DNA from: Octopus vulgaris
Taxonomy: Eukaryota
Direction: 5' to 3'
DNA: 64,000 nt
Assembly: GCA_951406725.2 (NCBI GenBank)
Contig: OX597838.1
Location: forward strand, 2,790,001 to 2,854,000
Shown: positions 13,129 through 26,940 of the stretch, piece by piece
Position numbering within the stretch: the stretch's first letter is position 1
Layout: each line of letters starts with the position of its first letter
The notes under the pieces: model-generated
What the model was told of the DNA's origin: nothing
Seen by the model: only the letters and a program-made list of their open reading frames with translations
Databases searched by the model: none
Program-made: the position numbers and the translations under genes

Positions 13129-13288
13129 GGCTCAGGCGTGGCTATGTGGTGAGAACTTTGCTTTCCAGCCACATGGTTCTGGGTCCAGCGTCACTGTATG
13201 GTACCTTGGCCAAATACTTTTACTAATGGCATCGGGCAGGTCAATGTGGATTTCGTAGAGGGAAAGTGAAAGAAGCCCGTCGTATATA

Positions 13289-13345
<57 letters not shown>

Positions 13346-13514
13346 ATGTCTCTCTGCGTTTCTCTCCCTCACTGCCTCTTGACAACCGGTGCTGGTTTAT
13401 TAGCATTCCCGTAGCTTGGCTTAAAATAATAAATACATTCAACTAAAATTTCAGCAAGGAGGTGCTCCAGCATGGCCACAGTCAGATGACTGAAACAAGA
13501 AACAGATAAAAGAT
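13129..13514 (+). mobile_element. SINE family A (partly deleted)
   Basis: GCGTGGCTATGTGGT head, GAAAGAAGCCCGTCGTATAT, tail GCTCCAGCATGGCCACAGTCAGATGACTGAAACAAG. Confidence 0.85.
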
Positions 13515-13972
13515 ATGCGTGCATGTGTGTGTGTTATAGTATGACATGGTGGTGCAGTGTTGTGTTGAGTGATACGATGTGTATGTTGTAGCACGGCAGT
13601 GGTGCATCGACGCAGCGGTCGAGAGCGTGGTGTAGTGAATTGATCAATAAGCGATGTACAATAAATACAGAGAAACAACTGCAATCTTGTCTAAAGAAGT
13701 GTGGTGGGAAGTGGGAAGGGTGGGAGGGGGAGGTGGCACTGGCGGTGGCGGAGGAGGTGGTGATGGTGGTGGGGGAGACATCTAAAATCAATGAAGTCCA
13801 CAGAGAGGACTGAAAAGAAATCTTGTTGCAGACACACACACACACATATATATAAACACACACATACATACATACACATACACACACATATATATATATA
13901 TCTATGTATATATATATACATATATATATATTTATTTATATATGTATGTGTGTGTGTGCATGTATATCTTGC

Positions 13973-14055
<83 letters not shown>

Positions 14056-14327
14056 CGAATGTGTATATACTGCGAACATATATATATATATGTATGTACG
14101 AATATATATATACTGCGAACATATATATATGTATGTATGTATATGTATATATGTATATATATTCACAATCAAAGGAACGTACATTAACTCACGCACACCC
14201 ACAATTCCCCGTATCGCCATTAAAACACGTTACATAAACACATTCACACATACATACATACTGACGTACGTACATACAGACGTACACACACACACACGAA
14301 CATACGTATTTTAAAACCCTCATATGT

Positions 14328-14358
<31 letters not shown>

Positions 14359-14856
14359 TATACAGATACATACACACAAACATACATTTATAAGCAATCA
14401 GTAAAAGAAAAACCACAAACTCCATACTGCTATATACACTCACACAGAACCACGTTCTTATACACAAATTAAGAACACGTCTAACATACAAGCAAACAAA
14501 TACATACATACACACACTCAAAAACAGACACACATACACACAAACGCGCGCGCATACAGATACACACACGCACACACAATCACGTACACATCGCCATATA
14601 TTGATGCGTTACGTGAGAGTGTGTGTGTGACTGTGTATCACTTGTTACTGGAACCTATACTGTATGAGAATGTATGTCTATATATATATGCGTGTGTATA
14701 TAGCATATATATATATATATATATATATCAGTGTGTTTATGTGTATGTGTGTTTCTTTATGTATATGTGCCTGTGTCTGTTATGAATATATGTATATATG
14801 TGTGTTTGTGTGTGTGTGTACAAACATAAGCATATGTACATATATATATATATTAT

Positions 14857-15202
14857 ACTCTTTTACTCTATTATGTGTTTCAGTCATTTGACTGTGGCCA
14901 TGCTGGAGCAACGACTTTTAGTCGAATGAAGCCACCCCTGGACTTATTCGTTCCAAGATACGAGAACGTCAACACACCAACATAGGTTGTCAAGCTATGA
15001 GCGGGGTGGGACAAACACAGACACAAACACAAATATATACGACAAGCTTCTTTCAGTTTCCATCTACCAAATCTACTCACAAAGCTTTGGTTGGTCCGAG
15101 GCTGTAGTAGAAAATACTTGCCCAAGGTGCCACGCAGCGGGACTGAAACCCGAACCATGTGGTTGAGAATCATGCTTCTTATCACACAGCCACTCCTGCG
15201 CC
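14857..15202 (-). mobile_element. SINE family A
   Basis: Reverse-complement match to 2081-2542 over most of its length. Confidence 0.9.
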
Positions 15203-15246
15203 AATATTGTGTGGATATTTATATGATATACGTATGCATTGTTGAT

Positions 15247-15300
<54 letters not shown>

Positions 15301-15670
15301 CAAAGGGTTTGTGTGTTTGTTGATAATTCAATAATTGTAGCATTAAAGCCACATCGTTGCTTCACCCCAGCCAATATCTATCCGGGTGGATGTCAGTGAT
15401 CCACAGCGGTTAGAGTGGGATGGACAACACGTGCTCTTTGCTATTGAATAATTTAATCAGCTTGCCGGAAAAACCATAAAAAATCACATCCCTCGTGTAC
15501 GCACACATACACACACACACACGTACACACACACACACACACACACATACACGCACGCACACACTCGTACGCACATACATACATATATATATATATCCAT
15601 AAACACATAAATATATAGATACACACGTATACACGCATAAAGCAAGCCGCACCATAAACACGTAAGCATG

Positions 15671-15732
<62 letters not shown>

Positions 15733-15744
15733 GTGTGTGTGTGC

Positions 15745-15807
<63 letters not shown>

Positions 15808-16252
15808 TATATACTTATACACGTATAAAGCCAGCTGCAGTACTTTTCTTCACTATGTATGGCGTTATAATTTCCTCTAAGCTACGCGCATGCGTCGCTG
15901 CGCTATAGCGTTCGTCTGCTCATAAACGGAACAGTTTCCCGCTCAATATTTTTGTTTTTTTTATTCCATTATTTATTTAGTTATTGTAATGATATCTCTA
16001 GAACAAATCAATAGCCGTTACGATAACCGTACACACACACACACAAACATAAACACACACACACACACACACATGATTTTAGTAATGATGGCAGCTTATA
16101 AAAGTCTTGCTTTTCTACGCTGGTGGGGGAGTTATGAGTTAATCGTATGCAGAAAGATGCAGTTCTGTCTTATCCTAAGCTTCCATGACTGGATAGTTTA
16201 AGTTATCGTGAAACAGAAGATTGGGCCCCGGATGTTTGCTCATGTAACAAAC

Positions 16253-16666
16253 GGCCGTGTGGTGAGTACCAACCACATGGTTCCGGGTTCAGTCCCACCG
16301 CGTGGCACCTTCGGCAAGTGTCTTCTACTATAGCCTCGAGCCGACCAAAGCCGTGTGAGTGGATTTGTTAGACGGAAACTGAAAGAAGCCCGTCGTATAT
16401 ATGTATGTATATATATATGTGTGTGTGTATATATATATATATAGACAGGCTTCTTTCAGTTTCAGTGTGTGTTTGTCTCCCCAACATCGCTTAACAACCG
16501 ATGCTGGTGTGTTTACGTCTCCGTAACAGCTGTTCGGCAAAAGAGGCCGATAGAATAAGTACTAGGCTTACAAAGAATAATTCCTGGGGTCGATTTGTTC
16601 GACTAAAGGCGGTGCTCCAGCATGGCTGTAGTCAAATGACTGAAACAAGCAAAGAGAGTAAAAGAG
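16253..16666 (+). mobile_element. SINE family A with internal fold-back
   Basis: Head CCACATGGTTCCGGGTTCAGTCCC and tail GACTGAAACAAGCAAAG. GAAACTGAAAGAAGCC is repeated inverted after the internal (TA) tract. Confidence 0.9.
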
Positions 16667-16896
16667 TGTTAAATAGGGGCAGGGTCACATGTCCACATTC
16701 CAATAAAAATAACGTTCTGGAGGATAGGCTTCTGTACAGTTTCTGTCATAGAAATTTCACTCTAAATTGTTTTACAAATAGGCGTAGTGTGGATACGTGG
16801 TAAGAACTTTACTTCCCAACCACGTAGTTTTGGGTTCAGTCACACACACACACACACACACACATACACACACACACTCACACACACACACACACA

Positions 16897-16953
<57 letters not shown>

Positions 16954-17540
16954 ACACACACCCACACACATACACACATGGGTTCATTCACTGTGGAATC
17001 TAAATCAAAATTTTACATCAGAGACACTGAACTTGGTATTAAAATTCGGAAGTGCCAGCACAGGCACCATTTTATAAACCAAGAGAAATGGCCAATTGTT
17101 TAGTCAAAATACGTTCGCTTTAGCGAGAGACAATTTTGCATGTCTTTGGTATTAATTGGTCATTCGTAGTTCAAGTACAACCACACTGCCCATGGAAGTA
17201 GTTCTTGGTCAAGGCTCCAATCTCAGTTTTAGATATCTGAAAAGATGCTCAATTTGTCCCAAGATTCTTCCGATGTGAACTTAAGATCTGCACTTTTATC
17301 TTCAAGTAAATACGACCACAAAAACGTTTTGGTTAAATAGAAGACACCATAATTGCGAAAACATTTCCATTTTCTGCATATCATTACTCTTAGTATCTGT
17401 TCTGTTTTCTGTATTCACTGCAAGCACCATAAGTTCGCTTCTGACTATATGTGCGGGTATGTGTTTGTGCGCATGCGTGTGTGTGTGTGTAAGATATATA
17501 TGCATGTATGGATATTTGTATACGTATACAATTATGAACG

Positions 17541-17572
<32 letters not shown>

Positions 17573-17640
17573 CAGACAGATAGATAGATTAATTCACATC
17601 TGAATATATAAATATAATATATGTATACATATATATATAT

Positions 17641-17723
<83 letters not shown>

Positions 17724-17751
17724 CACACATATGTATACACACACACACATA

Positions 17752-17795
<44 letters not shown>

Positions 17796-18416
17796 CCGAT
17801 ACAGATATACATATTCAGATATAAATGTATGCATATGAGTATGTATGAATGTGCGTATGTACACATATACATATATGTATGTATGTACACATATACATGT
17901 ATGTATGCATGTGTTATGCATGTATAGACACTCGCATACGCAGCTCCCGTGCACAAACATGCATTGTTCATGCATTTTGTTTGCAGTTTAACCGAAGGCA
18001 TATTTCATTCAATCGTTTTAATATGCAAACTTTTACCCTCTGCACACAATTTCCTGCACACTTTTTTCTTTTTTCTTTTTTCTTTTTTTTGCCGGATGAT
18101 TCTGTCGAAAGTCCATAAATTTTCATAATCGTCATATTTACACGAAAATGTATTTTTAATATATTTCATAAGATTTTGTGTAAATTTTCATCGTGTACAT
18201 AACTGCATGAATGCGCGTTGCTTCTTTACGCATGCGCCGCGCACACATACGCATTTGCATGTGTGTGTGTGTGTGTAATGATATATTTACTTGTTAAGGT
18301 TATCCAATAACGTTAATTCGCTGTATTTAATGGCTATTCAAGCAATGCAAGGCACATACCTACACGATGGCCCATGGTCTTCACTAATAAAAATCTTCAG
18401 TATATTTTATATACTA

Positions 18417-18648
18417 AAGGCGGTGAGCTGGCAGAAACGTTAGCGCGCTGGGCGAAATGCTTAGCGGTATTTCGTGCGCCGCAACGTTCTCAGTTCAAAT
18501 TCCGCCGAGGTCGACTTTGCCTTTCATCCTTTCAGGGTCGATTAAATAAATATCAGTTACGCACTGGGGTCGATGTAATCAACTTAATCCGTTTGTCTGT
18601 CCTTGTTCGTCCACTCTGTGTTTAGCCCCATGTGGGCAGTAAAGAAAT
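18417..18648 (+). mobile_element. SINE family B monomer
   Basis: AAGGCGGTGAGCTGGCAGAAACGTTAGC...GTTCAAATTCCGCCGAGGTCGAC...AAAGAAATA. Confidence 0.92.
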
Positions 18649-19239
18649 ATATGTTTTATATACTAAATTTTATATATAGTTGCATAACGAAATAATGCGT
18701 CCTTACAAGTCATTAATGATTTATTTATAATGATGTATTTACACATATATATATCACATATCTATTGGCCGATGAGGCCTTTGTCAAGGGTTGGCATGCA
18801 GCGTCATTACTCATTGAAGACAACTGTGTTATTTCCTGCAGAAGATAGGTCTGGAACCCGGACAGCTGAAGAAATACATCAAGAGGATAAACAGCGCAAC
18901 CGAAACTAACTCAAAGGAGCTATCGTTGATAAGACTCTATGGTTGATAGGTGGAAACCTCCCGCAGGTGAAGATTAGCTGAGTCCTTGCTACCCCGCTCA
19001 GGGTAAAGAGCTCAGGCTAAAGGGTGAAACGTTTGTGACCCCAGATACCTGCTGACGACACGGAAGGGTTTCCAGTATTAATGCAATAGGTTGAGAACAG
19101 AATGTAAAACCTCTAAGTAGCTCCTGTAGCTTTCACGTGGAATAAAAGCTTCTCTGATGTTTATATCACCTTCTTTATATGTCCCAGGCTAAAAGCTGTG
19201 GTCACAGAGAGACACAGTTATAGCTGTTAGTGTGTGTGT

Positions 19240-19263
19240 ATCTATATATGTATGTATGTATGC

Positions 19264-19329
<66 letters not shown>

Positions 19330-19640
19330 GTATGTATGATATATATATATATGTATGTATGCAGGTTTGTATGTATGTTTGTATGTTTGTATGTATGTAT
19401 GTATGTATGTATGTATGTATGTATGTATGTATATACATGAATGTATATATATCTGTGTGTATGTGTGTGTGTATTTGTTATAGCTAGATAGATAGGCTAT
19501 GTAGGATAGGTGAGATAGGTAGGTAGGTAGGTAGGTAGGTAGGTAGGTAAGCAGGTAGGTAGGTAGGTAGGTAGGTAGGTAGGTAGGTAGGTAGGTAGGT
19601 AGGTAGGTAGGTAGGTAGGTAGGTAGGTAGGTAGGTAGGG
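19240..19640. repeat. Compound (TA)n/(TATG)n/(TAGG)n microsatellite
   Basis: Seen directly; (AGGT)n of about 120 bp at 19517-19638. Confidence 0.95.
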
Positions 19641-19964
19641 GAGGGGAGGGAGGGAGGTAGACATATATACAGACCAGGTTCAATAATTCTAATGAACACA
19701 AGCTATTTTTATCTGCCCATACGACACAAATCTTCTCCATATGTTTTGACAAAAATATACAATAGCAACAATTTCTATGCTTGTTTTGTTTCTTTTTAAT
19801 ATTTATCCCATTTACACAAATAAATGTGTTTGTTATTTTTGTTTGCATTTCCGTGGCATGCATAATTAAACTTATGATTAATTTCGTTCATTAATTCTGG
19901 AACCTCGATGGCAAACACAGCGTTTTGCGCTATCAGCACGCATTTCTTTATCGTTATCGACATT

Positions 19965-20017
<53 letters not shown>

Positions 20018-20042
20018 TATTATTAATATCATTATTATTATT

Positions 20043-20155
<113 letters not shown>

Positions 20156-20247
20156 TATTACTGTTACTGAGATCAATGATATCGATTAAACTTATCCTTT
20201 CAAAATCGCTGGCCTTGTCCCTAAGTCAGAAATAGTATTATTATTAC

Positions 20248-20303
<56 letters not shown>

Positions 20304-20324
20304 GCATGCACTAGCGAGATATCT

Positions 20325-20870
20325 CTCTGGCTAGATCCTAATATCTCTCAATTTTTTCAATTTTTGTGACATCGACTCTGCTATCATTTGGAATTACAAA
20401 ATCGATGACTCTGCACTATTTGATTATTTTGTCCATTGTGATCATGTCCAGCCTTCTTGCTTCGATAGTACTGTCGGTCTTTATAGCAAAGTCCCACAAG
20501 ATCTTGCAATTTTCATTTTCTATCGCCGCCTCTAGTTCGTTTTCAAGCCACACACTTGGCTAACATCCCAATGCAACCTTTTGCCCATACAGTCATATCT
20601 GTGATTATATTCCCATTGTGATAATATACTGCACTGACTGAAAAGATTATTGATACTTTCATCTCCTTTCCAACAGATTCCACATTTGTTGTCTGACTGA
20701 ATTTTGACGATCTTTGCCTTTAACGGACTCGTACAAAGGCTTTGTTCCTGAGCGGTTATAATTAGCATTTCTGTCTCTCGTTTCAAGTTCTCGTCCATCT
20801 GCCAGAGCCAATGATCTTTACTTCCAGCGTTCTCAGTTTGGTCATGGAGTTTCATTTTTTTCCATTTGTT
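20325..20870 (-). mobile_element. R4/Dong-like non-LTR retrotransposon fragment (zinc knuckle plus RLE endonuclease), degenerate
   Basis: KLHDQ...WLW..ENLKRETEMLIITAQEQSL...KCGICWKGDESINNLFSQCSILSQWEYNHRYD..LHW, then ENENCKILWDFAIKTDSTIEARRLDMITMDK...CRVIDFVIPNDSRV. This is the CCHC plus PD-(D/E)xK region of the R4 clade. Flanked by (TAA)n on both sides. Confidence 0.9.
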
Positions 20871-20886
20871 TGTTTGTTTTGCTGAA

Positions 20887-20953
<67 letters not shown>

Positions 20954-21002
20954 GTGTGAGAGAAGCGCATGTCATCAAAGCGATGCTGGGTTACAAATAA
21001 AC

Positions 21003-21176
21003 AAAGCATTTCGCCCGTATATTCTTTCTGGGTTCAAATTCAGTTGAGATCCACTTTGCCTTCCATCCTTTCGGGGCCGATAAATTAAGTACCATTCAAG
21101 CTCTAGTGTTAGTATAACAGGCATAAATGCCCCACCCCGCCCCACCCCACCGAATTTCAGGTTATTATTGGAAAGG
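21003..21176 (+). mobile_element. SINE family B, old partial copy
   Basis: GGTTCAAATTC...CTTTGCCTTCCATCCTTTCGGGGCCGATAAATTAAGTACCA. Confidence 0.75.
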
Positions 21177-21398
21177 GCTATTCTTTCGTCTTCTCTGCAA
21201 GGCTCCCATGCACTGAGCAGTCTAAATGTATTCTTTTCGTACTTATTGGCATTGATTGATTTTATTCCAATTATATTTTTTATCAAACACAGCTTAACAG
21301 CTGTTTCACACCGAACTTTAAATTTTTACAATATTCTGCAAGTTGTATTACACGCACGCGCCGGCACATACAGACATACGTACACACACACAAACACG

Positions 21399-21448
<50 letters not shown>

Positions 21449-21734
21449 CCGACAGATTATCAAACCGGGAAAAAGCTCTCCCTTTGCACAACAGGCTAAC
21501 AATATTACTTAGATTAGTGAAGAACTCCAGGTAATCTCTTGGTAGGGTCCAGCTCTCCATTGTAAATCCGCGGATGGGCTCCAGATGAACTGGTTTTTAC
21601 ACAAAGTAATATATAAGAAACAAGTTAAAAATAATGGTCGTCACATATCATTTCTTTATTTGGAGCAAATTTGCTCAATAATAGACACACACATATATTT
21701 ATCTATCTATATATATATATATATATATATACAA

Positions 21735-21772
<38 letters not shown>

Positions 21773-21879
21773 CATGATCACGTGACCGACCAGACCATCA
21801 GATGTTGTTACACATCGCTGGTCACAATATATGACGCCATATATATATATATATATGTATATGTATATATGTATGTATG

Positions 21880-21987
<108 letters not shown>

Positions 21988-22933
21988 GACACATATATAT
22001 ATATATACAAAATATGGGATTTAGTTCAAAGGTGATCTAAACGACCAAGTACACTAGGTAAGTGCTGTAACGGATTACCACGGTCCCAAGGTTATATCCG
22101 AGATGGTAGTTATGGAACCATTGCAGATTTCCTATATGGCAGATATAGAATTGTTTAAGAGGACAACAAACGTTAAGGCAAGGCAAACATTTCAAGTCAT
22201 ATACATTATTATTACTGGAAAAAAAAATTCAATATGGGATATTCTATCATCGGACACAAATAGGGAAAATGAGAAGGATTCAGATTAATGAAACGACGAC
22301 ATAGAGGACAGGAATAAAGGAATGCTCCTTATTCCTTATATAAATATGCGTGTGTGTTTGTGTGTAAGTATATATTTCTTGTACGTTAGCATTTATTACT
22401 GACTGTTAAGCGGGTGTGATGGGTACCAGGACTGCTGAAAATATGCTTTATGAGTAGAATGACAGACAACAAACAAGCTGGCATCCCGCTGGGATAAGAG
22501 GGTGACCATGCGTCCTTTAAAGAAAGCATATACAAACATATATACACATATGAAGCGAATGGTAGCCTCAACACACAAATAAAGAAATTCTATCCATTAA
22601 TGCAGTGTCGAGCAGACATTTTCATCGTCCGACATTTACGTATATAAATATATATATGGTGGGAAGTATGTGTGCGTATCACTTACCTGAAGGATCCAAT
22701 GAAGAGAGCAAGAAAAAGAAAGAAAAGACAAAAATGACTTTTAGTAAATTTCTTTGTTCAAAATTCATTTAATAAGAGATTTAACGAAATCGAAAAAATT
22801 GTTGGAATGTACGTGTGTGTATATATATGTATATATGTACGCATGTGTGTGCGCGTATGTGTGTATGTATGTATGTATGTATGTATGTATGTATGTATGT
22901 ATGTATGTATGTATGTATGTATGTGTATGTATG

Positions 22934-22970
<37 letters not shown>

Positions 22971-23878
22971 TATGACAATCAGTACCTAACACAACAAAGC
23001 TTTTACATGTTACTTTTGACAATCTTTTTCTAAAAAAGTGAAACTGGTCAAGTGAATAAACATCTTTTAAAATTGCATTTTCAAACCTTCTTTTATATAT
23101 ATATATGCATGTACGTATATATATGTATATATATATAGAGAGAGAGAGGGGGGAAAAGAGAGGGAGAGAGAAAGTGAGAGAGAGAAAGAGAGATAGGTAG
23201 GTGGGTAGGTAGATAGGTAGGTTGGTTCATAGGTAGGCAGTCAGGTAGACGTACGGATGGATGGATGGATGGATGGATGGATGGATAAATAGACAGATAG
23301 TCAGACTGATAGAGAGAGAGGGGAGGCAGAGAGACAGACAGACAGAGGGATAGAAAGAGAGAGAGGGAGAGACGAGGAAGCACACGACATATTATATAAA
23401 CCTGTCGGTTTAATGTGTTTGTACGGCATGTAAGTACTCGTAGCTGGTATTAAAGTAATGCGTATATTAAATGGTAAATATGCTTCTATGAATAAAACAT
23501 AGTTTTGCATAAGCACCAATGTGGATGCGAGTGTTTGTATTATACATCAATATATGTTGCGAATCTGCACAAATATAATCTCCACACTGAAGTTATTTGT
23601 AAACAACTGAAAGAATAGCAACGAAACATTTACTGGTGAAGTATTCCGCACTCTCGATTGCTGCCGGGCCACTGCCTTGCCTTTAATGACGACCTTCAAT
23701 GTGATGTCCTACGCCACAAGTGAAATTTTTCCTTCATTGATCGGAGAAGTCGTCAGGCAAAACTTAAGGGCCAAATCAACACGAACTGTACAACATACTT
23801 CTATATTCATGCGTATGGGTCCGTGCATCTGCACATATAGATAAGTAGGTAGTTAGGTAGATGCACAGATAGATAGAT

Positions 23879-23987
<109 letters not shown>

Positions 23988-24223
23988 AGTAGATACATAC
24001 ATTCATACATACATACATTCATACATACATACATACATTCATACATACATTCGTATATGTGTATACCGGTTTGTGTACATATTTATACATACACACACAC
24101 ACCAGTTGTGTATATGTATATATATATATATATATAAAGCTAAAAATTTTACAATCACAAACACGACATGTGATGGGAAGAAAGTGAACAGAATTTCCTA
24201 CGGGAATCCAAACGTGTATGTAA

Positions 24224-24284
<61 letters not shown>

Positions 24285-24423
24285 GTTTGTACACACACTC
24301 AAACGCACAAACACAAATACTTGCATAGTAAAGCATCCACGGACGCTTGTTGTGTAGGCGCCATTAGACCGCTGGCCAAAACCTGCTTCTTATCAAACGG
24401 TTTTGAGAATGCTGCAATGTATA

Positions 24424-24504
<81 letters not shown>

Positions 24505-25051
24505 GTGTACGCGTGTGTTTGTGCTCGTGTGAGAGTGTTTATATAGATGCAGGTGTGAGTTTATAAGTGCATGAGGGTTGTGCATGCAACAGTGGATGTC
24601 ACATAAACTCCATCAAGCCCTTCCATCAACTCTTCCGCTAATGTGACTTGAGGGACCGCCAAGATGCCAACATCGATATAGATTTAACCATTTAGATCTT
24701 TCCCAGCTATTCGCTATCTTCCAATAGTTTCAACTGATTAAATACAAACACAACACGCTCAGAGATTCTCTAAACTTCTGCTCTCATTTCTTATATCTCT
24801 CTCTTTTAGGCTGTTCTTATTGGCCAACGTGTGAGCCTCCAGCTGCGTGATATAAATTCGCTAGAAATCATAGCTAGATGAAACCCCAAACCACAGACTG
24901 TTATCATAAATATTATATATATATATATCTATATATTTATGTATTTTTAGCTCTTATTTCTAGCAATGTAGGTGTTTTTAAAACCCTAGTCATATTTAAT
25001 GACGATTATGGTTTTCCTTTTTGGTAAACATTGCAAAGCACCGTCTATATT

Positions 25052-25202
25052 GAGTAGGCTCGAAACGTTAAAGACTTGTTTTATTTATATTTCCTGAGCG
25101 CCATACTAATACAATTGTTTGTTTGTATTCCACCTGCCTTCGTCTTTTATTTATTTCCGTAAACCTGCCTTCGTCTTTTGTCTATTTTCATAAAGCTTTC
25201 CG

Positions 25203-25204
<2 letters not shown>
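25052..25204 (+). mobile_element. Short non-coding Penelope-like/retrozyme-like element (5'-truncated hammerhead) ending in (TA)n
   Basis: TAGGCTCGAAACGTTAAAGACTTG...CCTGAGCGCCATACTAATACA...CACCTGCCTTCGTCTTTT is near-identical to the reverse complement of 52220-52340. Confidence 0.65.
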
Positions 25205-25238
<34 letters not shown>

Positions 25239-25299
25239 AAGTTGTGTTCTGAGTAGACAGAATGAAATAATAGTATCATTAATACGTCTGAAGAATTCG

Positions 25300-25753
25300 A
25301 TATCTTGCGTGTTTTCTACTACTTGTGCAATTATATTTGAAATACAGGTACAACAGAAACAGGAAGTAAGAGTGAGAGAAAGTTGTGGTGAAAGAGTACA
25401 GCAGGGATCACCACCATCCCCTGCCGGAGCCTCGTGGAGCTTTAGGTGTTTTCGCTCAATAAACACTCACAACGCCCGGTCTGGGAATCGAAACCGCGAT
25501 CCTATGACCGCGAGTCCGCAATGGCCCAGTGGTTAGGGCAGCGGACTCGCGGTCGGAGGATCGCGGTTTCGATTCCCAGACTGGGCATTGTGAGTGTTTA
25601 TTGAGCGAAAACACCTAAAGCTCCACGAGGCTCGGCAGGGGATGGTGGTGATCCCTGCTGTACTCTTTCACCACAACTTTCTCTCACTCTTACTTCCTGT
25701 TTCTGTTGTACCTGTATTTCAAATATAATTGCACAAGTAGTAGAAAACACGCA

Positions 25754-25758
<5 letters not shown>
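25300..25758. mobile_element. Head-to-head inverted duplication of a SINE family D copy
   Basis: 25300-25519 is the reverse complement of 25541-25758 with about 5 differences. Head TGGCCCAGTGGTTAGGGCAGCGG...GGTTTCGATTCCC carries A and B boxes. Confidence 0.93.
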
Positions 25759-25798
<40 letters not shown>

Positions 25799-25968
25799 TG
25801 TGAATGTGTGTGTATGTTTGTAGATTAATTCAACCATTGGATGAGACGCGCTTCCTTCTTCGGGGGAGAGATTATATATTAAGAGTCCTCAGAAACAGCT
25901 GTTGTGTTTGTAATACTTTTCTTCAACCCCTTTCATTCTCTATATCATTTGTATTTCATGTCAGACCT

Positions 25969-26018
<50 letters not shown>

Positions 26019-26104
26019 GTATACACACACATTTTTTGTATTTCATGTATTTAACATACTTTATATTCTGATCTGTCTCATTTGTTTATCCCTGCATTTA
26101 CTTC

Positions 26105-26262
26105 TATGTATGAACGTCATTGTTCAGTTTTATTTCAAGATTTCTTGCCAATCGGGAAAGAGCTGGCTTTTAGCCTAGATTCAAGGCTCCTTCATTGGAA
26201 TTTCAACATCAACGACAGGTTATTTTTGTTTGTATGTATGTATGTATACGTGTATGTATGTA
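26105..26262 (-). mobile_element. 3' UTR fragment of the (CATA)n-associated RLE retrotransposon
   Basis: CCTAGATTCAAGGCTCCTTCATTGGAATTTCAACATCAAC...TGTTTGTATGTATG matches 34240-34310. Confidence 0.75.
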
Positions 26263-26264
26263 TG

Positions 26265-26284
<20 letters not shown>

Positions 26285-26297
<13 letters not shown>

Positions 26298-26506
26298 TTC
26301 GAGACAAAACCACTATTTTGCAAAACAAAACTTCATAAATTAAAACAGATTAGGAGATGGAAAATCCACCTGACGAATGTCATTGAAGACAAGAAACGAT
26401 TGTAGTGGCGGTTTATTTCTTTATATTAAAAATTTTTATGTATTGATTAAGTCTTTCCTTGTTTGTTTTGCAAAATAGTGGTTTTGTCTCGAATTAATAT
26501 TATATA
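26285..26506. mobile_element. Short element with 45-bp perfect inverted repeats enclosing a hammerhead motif (Penelope-like)
   Basis: Arms 26285-26329 and 26462-26506 (TATATAATATTAATTCGAGACAAAACCACTATTTTGCAAAACAAA and its reverse complement); lies between (TA)n tracts. Confidence 0.75.
26366..26408 (+). ncRNA. Minimal type I hammerhead ribozyme motif (slightly degenerate)
   Basis: CCAC-CTGACGA-A-TGTC-ATTGAA-GACA-A-GAAA-CGATTG-TA-GTGG: helix I CCAC/GTGG, core CUGACGA and GAAA, near-palindromic helix III, GUA cleavage triplet. Confidence 0.7.
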
Positions 26507-26557
26507 ATATTTTACTATAAAATTGGATTTAATCCTAAATCTGATTTTTTCCCTAAT

Positions 26558-26633
<76 letters not shown>

Positions 26634-26886
26634 TTGTATATATATATATGGGTATACATATATATATATATATGCACACACATATATAGGTGGTTATGGT
26701 AAAGAAGAGAACCTCACTCGTGTACAACGCGAGAAATTTAATACAAAATGTCAGAAGCAAAACAGCGGGAAGAGGAGCAGCATTATGCACGGGTATGAAA
26801 ATATAGGAAGGGATAAAATGTATTTTGGGAACAAAATGCAAGCTCACACTGGATTTATGGTCACGCTGTATTTGAGCAAATACACA

Positions 26887-26940
<54 letters not shown>

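Noticed and set aside
25520-25580. tRNA-like sequences with A and B boxes (also 29390-29455, 35230-35295, 55445-55514)
   Set aside because: No acceptor stem, and they run on into SINE bodies; these are SINE heads, not tRNA genes.
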